Of a DNA stretch of 64,000 nt, positions 31,076-38,846 are shown piece by piece. The stretch's first letter is position 1, and each line of letters opens with the position of its first letter. The notes beneath the pieces were generated by a model, which did not search any database, was not told where the DNA came from, and worked only from the letters and a program-made list of their open reading frames with translations. The translations under genes and the position numbers were made by a program. This stretch comes from Candidatus Uhrbacteria bacterium (GTDB lineage Bacteria; Patescibacteriota; Patescibacteriia; UBA9934): assembly GCA_963822405.1 (NCBI GenBank), contig CAWGHH010000005.1:39439-103438 (forward strand). Reading direction: 5' to 3'.

Positions 31076-31957
31076 ATGAATATCAGCATAATTGGCTACG
31101 GAGAAATTGGTAAAGCTCTTCAAGCAGTACTCAAAGATAAGAAGGGCGTAAACGTAAAAGTCTGGGATAAAAATGCTAATAAAGTTCCAGATCAAGGAAC
31201 AATGCATGATCTACTGGCAACATGTGAGCTAGTCTTTCTCTGTGTGCCATCATGGACGCTTCATGGCGCACTCCTGGAAATTCATCCACATTTAGTCGAG
31301 GGCACCGGCATCATCACCCTCGCCAAAGGCATCGAGCAGGAGACTTGCAAAACCTCTGACAATTTACTTAGCGATCTTTTAGTTGGTCACCCAGTTGGCA
31401 TTCTTGGCGAACCAATGATTGCCGATGAACTATTTGCTGGAAAACCAACGGCTGGAATTCTTGGCAGTACAGATGCTGACTTACGGAAAAAAGTCCGCGC
31501 CTTATTTAGAAAAACTAACCTAGAAATACGAACCAGTGCAGACGCCAGAGGAGTGGCGCTTTGCGGTGTGCTCAAAAACACTTATACCCTTGCTCTCGGC
31601 ATTGCTGACGGTCTAGCTCTCGGCGATAACGCCAAAGGCTGTCTTCTGACTCGTTCGATTAGAGAAATGCGCATTATAATCAAAGAACTTGGTGGCAAAC
31701 AAAGCACCATTCTCTCGGAAGCAGGTATTGGCGATCTATTCGCCACTGGCCAAAGCCCACATTCCCGCAACCACGGCGTGGGCGTTGCCCTTGGTTCCGG
31801 CGCCAAACTAGACGGCATGCAAAGCGAAGGCGTTATGAGCATGTTCTGCCTAAAGAAGCTACTCGAGCCTAAACTTGCAGAACTCCCCCTCCTGTCATAC
31901 CTTTACGAGGTAGTCCAAAATAACCGAAAACCCGAGGACATCTCGAGTCTTCTCTAA
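31076..31957 (+). CDS. gpsA: NAD(P)H-dependent glycerol-3-phosphate dehydrogenase
   Basis: IIGYGEIG, LAKGIE, GVLKNTY, GLALGDNAKG, GIGDLFAT...SRN. Confidence 0.88.
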   Translation: MNISIIGYGEIGKALQAVLKDKKGVNVKVWDKNANKVPDQGTMHDLLATCELVFLCVPSWTLHGALLEIHPHLVEGTGIITLAKGIEQETCKTSDNLLSDLLVGHPVGILGEPMIADELFAGKPTAGILGSTDADLRKKVRALFRKTNLEIRTSADARGVALCGVLKNTYTLALGIADGLALGDNAKGCLLTRSIREMRIIIKELGGKQSTILSEAGIGDLFATGQSPHSRNHGVGVALGSGAKLDGMQSEGVMSMFCLKKLLEPKLAELPLLSYLYEVVQNNRKPEDISSLL

Positions 31958-31960
31958 CGT

Positions 31961-32707
31961 ATGCTCGAACTTTATTTCCCGATAATAGTCTTTCTCGGCA
32001 TCGTGTTTCTCTCGACTCTTAAGCAGGTCAACCAGTACGAACGTGGTATCCGCTTCACCATGGGCAAATATTCAAGCATGGCGGAACCTGGTTGGCGCGT
32101 GGTCATCCCAGTGTTTCAGTTCATGCGTAAGGTCGATCTTCGTCTAAAAGCGGTCGACGTTCCTTCACAGGAAGCTATTACTAAAGATAACGTCTCCGCA
32201 AAAATCAATGCGGTTATTTATTACAAAATTGTTGATCCAGCTAAAGCCATTATCGAGGTTGAAAATATCAACTACGCCGTTCTTCAGTTAGCGCAGACAA
32301 CCATGCGTAATGTAGTTGGCGAAGCCACCCTCGACGAACTCCTCTCTCAGCGCGCGATCATCTCCGAGAAGATCGAAAAGCAAGTTGACGTTACTACTCT
32401 TCCTTGGGGTGTCGAGGTTACATCCGTCGAACTCAAGGACATTAACTTGCCTCCCGACATGGTCCGCACTATCGGCAAGCAAGCCGAAGCCGAACGCGAA
32501 CGCCGCGCCGTCATCATTAACGCTGAAGGCGAACTAGCCGCCGCCACTAATCTCTCCGCCGCCGCTAAGCTACTCGCCGAAACCCCAGGCGCTCTACATC
32601 TCCGAACGCTCAACGCCATCAACGACATCAGCTCCGACGCATCAAACACGGTTGTGTTCACGGTACCGCTTGAAATTCTCTCGGCGATCGCCGGGTTTAA
32701 GAAATAA
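31961..32707 (+). CDS. SPFH/stomatin-like (slipin) protein
   Basis: QEAITKDNVS, AQTTMRNVVG, QAEAERERRA, ALHLRTL. Confidence 0.93.
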   Translation: MLELYFPIIVFLGIVFLSTLKQVNQYERGIRFTMGKYSSMAEPGWRVVIPVFQFMRKVDLRLKAVDVPSQEAITKDNVSAKINAVIYYKIVDPAKAIIEVENINYAVLQLAQTTMRNVVGEATLDELLSQRAIISEKIEKQVDVTTLPWGVEVTSVELKDINLPPDMVRTIGKQAEAERERRAVIINAEGELAAATNLSAAAKLLAETPGALHLRTLNAINDISSDASNTVVFTVPLEILSAIAGFKK

Positions 32708-32708
32708 T

Positions 32709-33029
32709 ATGGAGAACACCCACGATCACCGCGCTGAAAACCAAGAAAAATTTAGAGTATTTCTTGAACGATATCCTGTAGTTATTCCTCCCGAGATTGT
32801 CGGACATATTCTCGATCTCCAAAAACGAGCAGACGCCACTCCCACATCCAAAGAACTAGAACCGATCACCGAGGAGATGCAACACAACAATACCGGCAAG
32901 TATGAGCGCCTCTATCAACTCAGAAACACTCCCGACAGCTCAACAGATGAAATCAAAAAACTCGAAGAACAACTCTCCGACTGCTTCTGCGGTAGCGGCA
33001 AAAAGTTTAGTGAGTGTCATGGGGTGTAA
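32709..33029 (+). CDS. SEC-C motif protein
   Basis: C-terminal CFCGSGKKFSECHG. Confidence 0.8.
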   Translation: MENTHDHRAENQEKFRVFLERYPVVIPPEIVGHILDLQKRADATPTSKELEPITEEMQHNNTGKYERLYQLRNTPDSSTDEIKKLEEQLSDCFCGSGKKFSECHGV

Positions 33030-33152
33030 CGATGGTCAACCCGCTCCCAGTCCCTGAGCGTAGGCGGCTTGCCCGGCTATGCCGGGAAGGGCCTAGAGGT
33101 GGTGCGCTCGATCACATTAGTTGACCGTTGAAATACGAACTTTCATAAATCT

Positions 33153-33533
33153 ATGCGCACCCCCTATATCACCATCGCCGGCATGGCACCGGATACCAGA
33201 GACACGTTCCGGGCAATGCTCAAAGATCCGGAGAAAAAAGAACAGCTCGAAAGGCACTTTGAAGAAAAACTTCGCCCAGCTATTAAAAAACTTGCTGGCG
33301 AAGAAATGGTTGATTATGAATCATGGATGGTTTTCGATGTTATACCTGGAGAAAAATTTCTTGAGCTCTTGAATCCAGACGAGTCGCTCCCATTCTCTGC
33401 ACGAATTCCAGACTACTATATATTTGAAGGTTGGCTGGATTCTGATGGCACCATAAAAGACACGGATACATTCGAAGATGAGCTCGAAAAACTCAAGAAC
33501 ACATTGATCATATATTTCAATATTGATTTCTAG
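33153..33533 (+). CDS. Hypothetical acidic protein
   Basis: 126-aa ORF, ATG start. Confidence 0.55.
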   Translation: MRTPYITIAGMAPDTRDTFRAMLKDPEKKEQLERHFEEKLRPAIKKLAGEEMVDYESWMVFDVIPGEKFLELLNPDESLPFSARIPDYYIFEGWLDSDGTIKDTDTFEDELEKLKNTLIIYFNIDF

Positions 33534-33542
33534 ACCCAATAA

Positions 33543-33583
33543 CCCACCTCTAGGCCCCTCGCCTACGCTCGGGGACTAAATGC
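33543..33583. repeat. REP-like palindromic element, family C, copy 2
   Basis: CCCACCTCTAG-GCCCCTCGCCTACGCTCGGGGAC; related to 800-839. Confidence 0.6.
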
Positions 33584-33584
33584 G

Positions 33585-35342
33585 TCATTGGCCAATCGCA
33601 CGTTCAATCTCCTCATCAATCTCTTTGAGCCTGGTTGCTTTAGCCGGTGCGTAGTCAGTCGGGTTCTCGAAAAAATATGCAAGAATCTCGCTGCGTTCTT
33701 TTTCTAGGCCAGCGAGTTTTTGTTTTTGCTTATCCTGACGTTTGCGTTCTTCTTTCTGCAACGCATTCACCGCAACACGATCAGCCTTGCTCCGGGTGGT
33801 GACTTCCCCCTCTTTCCAAGAGGGGGCTACGGGGGAGTCGGTGGTCAGGGTGGTCGCCTCCGCCAGGTCGTCGACATACTCCTCATACGTCCCAATGTAG
33901 TGGCGAAGTGTCCCTCCCCGAATTTCATAAATCTGGTCCGCAAGCGCGTTCACGAACGTGCGGGCATGTGACACAAAAATAACCGTCCCGCCGTATTCTT
34001 TGAGCGCGAGGGCGAGAGCTTCGGCGGTCTCAACATCGAGGTGGTTCGTAGGCTCGTCGAGAATGAGTACGTTATGTTCGCGCAAAAGAATCCCCGCTAG
34101 ACATAGTCGCGCCCGCTCTCCCCCAGACAAAACGCTACAAGTTTTCTCAAGGTCGTCATTGCGGAACAAAAAGTTCCCCGCCATCATTAAAATTCTCTCG
34201 CCCGAACTCATCACCGGTGCCATTTTCGTCAGGTACGCGAGGAGTGTCTCTTGAGGAATTAACGACGCATCCGTCTTCTGATCGTAGTAACCAATATCTG
34301 CTTTGTGCCACCATTTATACGATCCAGCTAGTGGTTCAAGCTTTCCGGCGAGCGTTTTCAAGAGCGTCGACTTTCCTTTTCCGTTCTCCCCCGCAATCAC
34401 AATCTTTTCGCCCCGCTTGAGTTCGAAGGTAATGTCACTCGCGATTACTTTCTCACCGTAACCAATTGTCATTTTCTCAGCTCGAACAGCAGTTCCCGGC
34501 ACAAAGTGCGGAGTGGGAATGACAATTTTTGAAGTCGAAAGTGCCCCATGAACGGCTGCAATTTGATGCCTGAGTTTCGCAATGTGTTTGATCTTACTTT
34601 GCGCGCGTGACGCCTGGCTCGCCTTATAACGAAACCGGTCGACGAAGTCTTGGTGATGGGCAATCTCGCGCTTAAGTCGCTTATTCGTTCGCAACTGAAA
34701 TTCTTTCTGCTCTTCCTTCCACGCAAAATATTCTTCGACGGCTCCAGGATAAGTCGTCAACTCAGCCCGCTCGATTTCAAAAGTGTCTGTGCAAGTATTC
34801 TGCAAAAACTCTCGATCATGCGCGGTCACAATAAAACTCCCCTCGTACTCGGCCAAGAATCTTTCGAGGAGCAACAACGTCGAAAGGTCGAGATAGTTCA
34901 CCGGTTCGTCGAGCAACAACAAGTTCGGCTCGGCGAGCAACATCGCGACGATCTTCACGCGCATCTGATAACCTCCCGATAATTCCGCCGGTGATTTCCC
35001 TAGTTCGTCGAGCCCTAAGCCAAACTTCGCAGCCAGCTTTCGAGTCTCCCACTGAGGCCGCCCGCTCTTCTGTTCGAGATACTCTTCCGTCGACACATCC
35101 GCCGGCAACACTTCATGCTGGTGAACGATCCCGATTCTCGTCCACGGCAAAATCACAACCTCGCCCTTATCCGATTCTTCTTTTCCTATCAGGATATTCA
35201 GTAGCGTGGACTTCCCCGCTCCGTTTCTCCCGATAAGTGCAATCTTCTGCCCCTCAGACACCACAAAAGACAGATCGTCGAGCACAACCTGCTTGCCGTA
35301 TGTCTTGTGTAAACTTTTAACTTCTAGGAGAGGGCGGATCAT
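33585..35342 (-). CDS. ABC-F family ATPase
   Basis: Two ABC domains (GRNGAGKS, LSGG, LLDEPVNYLD; GENGKGKS, LSGGERAR, LDEPTNHLD); no TM. Confidence 0.95.
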   Translation of the reverse strand: MIRPLLEVKSLHKTYGKQVVLDDLSFVVSEGQKIALIGRNGAGKSTLLNILIGKEESDKGEVVILPWTRIGIVHQHEVLPADVSTEEYLEQKSGRPQWETRKLAAKFGLGLDELGKSPAELSGGYQMRVKIVAMLLAEPNLLLLDEPVNYLDLSTLLLLERFLAEYEGSFIVTAHDREFLQNTCTDTFEIERAELTTYPGAVEEYFAWKEEQKEFQLRTNKRLKREIAHHQDFVDRFRYKASQASRAQSKIKHIAKLRHQIAAVHGALSTSKIVIPTPHFVPGTAVRAEKMTIGYGEKVIASDITFELKRGEKIVIAGENGKGKSTLLKTLAGKLEPLAGSYKWWHKADIGYYDQKTDASLIPQETLLAYLTKMAPVMSSGERILMMAGNFLFRNDDLEKTCSVLSGGERARLCLAGILLREHNVLILDEPTNHLDVETAEALALALKEYGGTVIFVSHARTFVNALADQIYEIRGGTLRHYIGTYEEYVDDLAEATTLTTDSPVAPSWKEGEVTTRSKADRVAVNALQKEERKRQDKQKQKLAGLEKERSEILAYFFENPTDYAPAKATRLKEIDEEIERAIGQ

Positions 35343-35523
35343 GGACGAAAGCCTATCAGACATTCTCATCAAGCTCAATCAAAATAGCCCGCAGGTCACC
35401 TCGGATTTCTTTTCCCTGAGCAATTTCATCCTCTGATAACAGAACATCTGCTAATATTTTTTCATCCATAATTACTATATATCTAGTTCACCAACTCAAA
35501 TGATACCCCGCCAAATACCATAA

Positions 35524-36456
35524 TCAAATTTTCGGATTTCGAAAGCAAAAGTTCTTTAATGTTAGCGACAGCTCATACGCATCGGCATGGCTACACAATC
35601 CCAGATACGACGACTCGCTTCGTTCGCTAACACGAGCGAGAGCTCGCTTTGCGGTTTCAGACCTCAAAATAGTCGCATGTGGCAAAAGGACATACCCAAG
35701 AAAATCTATTCCCTGTTTCCAAGTTCTGACACTAACTTTATTGGGATGTAGTTCAAGTTTCAACGTCTCGGCCAAGAAATACTCTAGTTTCATGGCGAGC
35801 TTCCACGCCTCTTCTCTCGATTCTGTCACAATCACAAAGTCATCACAATACCGGACATAATAATGAATCCCAAGCCGTTGCTTCACATACCAATCGAGCT
35901 CGTGCAAGTACACATTTGCAAAAAGTTGACTGGTCAAATTACCGAGAGGTATACCAACTCCAGAATACGACGAAAATGTACGAACAATGTGCTCAACTAA
36001 TAGCGTTATTTGATCACCACCAATTTTATCGCGCAACAGCCGAAGCAGAATTTCATGATTTATGGTCGCGAAAAACTTTCTCACATCACATTTCAAAACA
36101 TAAACAGTCTTCGTGTTATTCGAGCTAGCTGACCTAAGGAAGTCACGAAATCTCGCAACTCCAGCGTGCGTCCCTTTATCTATTCGGCAAGAATAACTAT
36201 CATAAATAAATCGCTTCTCAAAAAGTGGTTCGATGATATTCACGAGCGCCTGATGAACAACTCGGTCGCGAACTTGCGCCTTATGAATTGTCCGCTGCTT
36301 TGGATCATAAATGGTAAACTGTTCATACGGTCCGTGTCGATATGTTCCTGCGTGTAAATCATGTTGAAGTTCAGAAATATTTTGCTTGAGATTCTTTGTG
36401 AAAACTGTTACGTCTTCTTTTGATGTTTTTCCACGTTTAAACAGTTCCCACGCCAT
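35524..36456 (-). CDS. DGR reverse transcriptase
   Basis: RDRVVHQA, KGTHAG, LKCDVRKFF, GIPLGNLTSQLFAN (DGR-type SQ), YVRYCDDF, GIDFLGY. Confidence 0.95.
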   Translation of the reverse strand: MAWELFKRGKTSKEDVTVFTKNLKQNISELQHDLHAGTYRHGPYEQFTIYDPKQRTIHKAQVRDRVVHQALVNIIEPLFEKRFIYDSYSCRIDKGTHAGVARFRDFLRSASSNNTKTVYVLKCDVRKFFATINHEILLRLLRDKIGGDQITLLVEHIVRTFSSYSGVGIPLGNLTSQLFANVYLHELDWYVKQRLGIHYYVRYCDDFVIVTESREEAWKLAMKLEYFLAETLKLELHPNKVSVRTWKQGIDFLGYVLLPHATILRSETAKRALARVSERSESSYLGLCSHADAYELSLTLKNFCFRNPKI

Positions 36457-36560
36457 TATTAAATTATTTGTCTGCCAAATATGCCAGAAGAGACTTTTAA
36501 AGCCCCCCCCACGCCGTCACCCCTAATCACCCGATCAGGAAATTTAAACCCGAGCTCAAG

Positions 36561-36986
36561 TTGTTCCATAATGGTTCGGGAGATATTCCGTTAGTGCATC
36601 TTCTCTATCAGGCATACGCCGACTGGCACGAACTACTGTTACGATTTCCAAAATCCCAAAGATATTCACTTGGCGAAAAATCTCAAACAACTCTGCTTGC
36701 AACACTACAAGATATTCTTTCGGCCGCAGCAACCTCAAACCTTGAAATAAAGTGCTCTAAACTTCTTGAGGCGAGTGGCGAACTAGACACCCTCAAACTT
36801 CTTGCTCAACTGACAAAAAAATGTAAGTGTATTTCGAACATCCAATACCAGCAATTTGATTCAAAACTTCACTCTGCCGGCAAAATGTTAGGAGCCTGGA
36901 TTAAATCAGTGGAAAGCAAAAAAGCGCAGAACGCTCTTTTGCCTCATGAGGAGTCCCTGAGAACGGGGAACGACGTGTTGTCGTAG
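36561..36986 (+). CDS. avd: Avd accessory variability determinant (four-helix bundle)
   Basis: FPKSQRYSLG ... LDTLKLL ... GKMLGAWIK; adjacent to RT and TR. Confidence 0.85.
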   Translation: MFHNGSGDIPLVHLLYQAYADWHELLLRFPKSQRYSLGEKSQTTLLATLQDILSAAATSNLEIKCSKLLEASGELDTLKLLAQLTKKCKCISNIQYQQFDSKLHSAGKMLGAWIKSVESKKAQNALLPHEESLRTGNDVLS

Positions 36987-37070
36987 GAGTTAGCGACGTG
37001 GTTACCGTTCAAGTTCGCGTCCTGACCATTGCGGTTGACGTTCGGCGAGTAAGCCCACAGGTCATAGCCA
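36954..37070 (-). repeat. DGR template repeat (TR)
   Basis: Minus strand reads GYDLWAYSPNVNRNGQDANLNGNHVANSYDNTSFPVLR in the VR frame, with 8 AAY codons. Confidence 0.96.
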
Positions 37071-37252
37071 AACACCGTCCTTTACATCTCTCCCTTCAAG
37101 GACACCGGAAGCAGGCGCACCCACTTCCTGAATTTTATGCGGAACCTACGCGAATGCTGGTTCCTAGAAGAGATGCGGAGTACTCATAAGTCCCGCCGCA
37201 CGCTTCTGAAATCCGTAGATTCCAAAACTCTGGCGGTGATTGGGACAATGAA

Positions 37253-37261
37253 AGTATACCA
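37253..37261 (-). promoter_or_regulatory. Candidate extended -10 promoter for TR RNA
   Basis: Minus strand TGGTATACT about 180 bp upstream of TR. Confidence 0.4.
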
Positions 37262-37271
37262 AAATCAAAAT

Positions 37272-37318
37272 GGCACCCGGACTTCTCTGAACCACGAGGT
37301 CCAGAAAATCCGAGTGCC
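37272..37318 (-). terminator. Long hairpin downstream of VR (terminator and/or DGR homing stem-loop)
   Basis: GGCACTCGGATTTTCTGGACC-TCGT-GGTTCAGAGAAGTCCGGGTGCC then ATTTTGATTTT, beginning 15 nt after the target stop. Confidence 0.7.
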
Positions 37319-37332
37319 GAGTTTCCAAGTGC

Positions 37333-38148
37333 CTAGCTCTGCACGTACTCCCTGAGAACGGGGAACGACGCGTCGTCGTAGGAGTAAGCGACGTGGTCAC
37401 CGAACAAGACCGCGCCCTGACCATCGCGGCTGACGAGCGGCGAGTAAGCCCACAGGCCATAGCCAGACACGTTGAGCAGGATTGCGGCGGCGATGGCGTA
37501 CGGCGTCTTCACACCGTCCATCTGCTTGACCCATTCGGGGGACTGACAGGCGGCGTAGAGGACTGCGAACCCGGCAAGCTTCCCGGCCTGGGTCTTCTGC
37601 ACTTCGCCCAGGATCACGCCCTTTGGGTTGAAGTTGGCGTGAAGATCAAGCACCTCCACCTTAATACTGTTCGGGACGAATGACTCCTCTTCGAGCATCT
37701 TCACGCGGTTCTCGTCCACGCCGTTGGCGTAAGCGGCCGCCCACTCCTGGTAGGTGCCCACGAACGTATCCTTGATACGCTCGCGCACGAACTTGAGAGT
37801 GGCCGGGACGTCCTCCTTGAACACGGAGATGACGATCTCGAGCCCCTCATTCTTCGGGCTCTCCTTCTCGTAGCCGGCAATGAGCCCGCTCTTGTGAGCC
37901 AAGGCCACCGCGACGTCCACTTCTTCCGGGTTCACACCCGGGTAGGACTTGGCAATGGCGATCTTGTCCGCGAGCGTGTTGTACTTTCCGTGAATGAGAC
38001 GGAAGACCGGCTCGGACGCCAGGTTCTTCACCCAGCGCTCCATGAGTACGTCGTTCGTCAGGAGCTCGATGACCATCTTCAGCGTCCCGCCAAAGCGGAA
38101 GAAACGACGGAAGAACTCGCCAGCCTGCTCAAGATGCACATTTGCCAT
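37333..38148 (-). CDS. DGR target (variable) protein, C-terminal VR; no signal peptide or TM seen
   Basis: C-terminus GYGLWAYSPLVSRDGQGAVLFGDHVAYSYDDASFPVLREYVQS is encoded by VR. Confidence 0.93.
   Translation of the reverse strand: MANVHLEQAGEFFRRFFRFGGTLKMVIELLTNDVLMERWVKNLASEPVFRLIHGKYNTLADKIAIAKSYPGVNPEEVDVAVALAHKSGLIAGYEKESPKNEGLEIVISVFKEDVPATLKFVRERIKDTFVGTYQEWAAAYANGVDENRVKMLEEESFVPNSIKVEVLDLHANFNPKGVILGEVQKTQAGKLAGFAVLYAACQSPEWVKQMDGVKTPYAIAAAILLNVSGYGLWAYSPLVSRDGQGAVLFGDHVAYSYDDASFPVLREYVQS
37349..37465 (-). repeat. DGR variable repeat (VR)
   Basis: 103/117 identical to TR, ungapped; all differences at TR adenines (8 A>G, 5 A>T, 1 A>C). Confidence 0.96.
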
Positions 38149-38230
38149 TTTCGTAATCTCCGGCCACCTCTGACTTGCCTACAGGAACACGAATTGTGCC
38201 CCATAAACCAGCCTATTCTAATTGAGAGTG

Positions 38231-38286
38231 ACCATGCCATAATAGCAAAAAAATGGCGTTTTGTCAAGCCATTTTCTGCTTATATT
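38231..38286 (-). promoter_or_regulatory. Sigma70 promoter with palindromic operator-like box, copy 2 (DGR target promoter)
   Basis: Minus strand TTGACA-N17-TATTAT; same AAAATGGC/GCCATTTT inverted repeat as 24265-24320. Confidence 0.85.
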
Positions 38287-38294
38287 GGCCTAGA

Positions 38295-38837
38295 TTAGCC
38301 CATTTCTTCCCTAATTTCACCTTCTAACTGTTCAACGTCAATCATGTTCATCATTTTCTTCAGCTCCGGGTCGTTCTTCGGGCCAACTTTCAGCTCTTTG
38401 CGAATGTCATTCAGCATCTCGAGCATCTTGGTAATTTCGCGCTCGGCTTGGACGTTTACTTGAAAGTCGATCTCTTCACGTAACTCGGCCACTCTTGCGG
38501 CACGGTTCTCGCTCATGAGCACGATGATAGATAAGAAAATTGCTTCAAGCGACACGAATGTTGTCAGCAAGAAAAACGGAAACGGGTCAATCACTTTAAC
38601 TCCCGGAAAAATACCGGAATTAAGAAATATCCAAATCGCAAAAACTGACATATTCCCAACCAAAAATGTCATCGTACCAAAACCACTCGTTAATAAATCA
38701 GCCGTACGCTGACTAAAAGATCTCTGACGGTTCATCTTGGACGCAAAAATTGCCATCGTTCTATTTGTAGTGGCTTGCCTGAATGCTGGTTTCTTTTTGG
38801 TCGAACCTCTCCTCTTGGTCGCCATAATCTCCTCCAT
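38295..38837 (-). CDS. DUF1003 domain membrane protein
   Basis: DPFPFFLLTTFVSLEAIFLSIIVLMSENR. Confidence 0.88.
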   Translation of the reverse strand: MEEIMATKRRGSTKKKPAFRQATTNRTMAIFASKMNRQRSFSQRTADLLTSGFGTMTFLVGNMSVFAIWIFLNSGIFPGVKVIDPFPFFLLTTFVSLEAIFLSIIVLMSENRAARVAELREEIDFQVNVQAEREITKMLEMLNDIRKELKVGPKNDPELKKMMNMIDVEQLEGEIREEMG

Positions 38838-38846
38838 AATACCACG

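Larger units (their letters stand above)
35524..38286 (-). mobile_element. Diversity-generating retroelement (target-VR, TR, inverted avd, RT)
   Basis: RT + Avd + 117-bp TR/VR pair with 14 of 14 mismatches at TR adenines. Confidence 0.97.

Noticed and set aside
35524-36456. RT as a group II intron, retron or CRISPR-associated RT
   Set aside because: It is short with no maturase or endonuclease extension, has the SQ motif, and sits beside Avd and an adenine-specific TR/VR pair; no cas genes are present.
37071-37075. Extending the TR/VR alignment past 37070/37465
   Set aside because: The next position is a mismatch at a non-adenine template base and identity ends four bases later, so it was treated as the repeat boundary.
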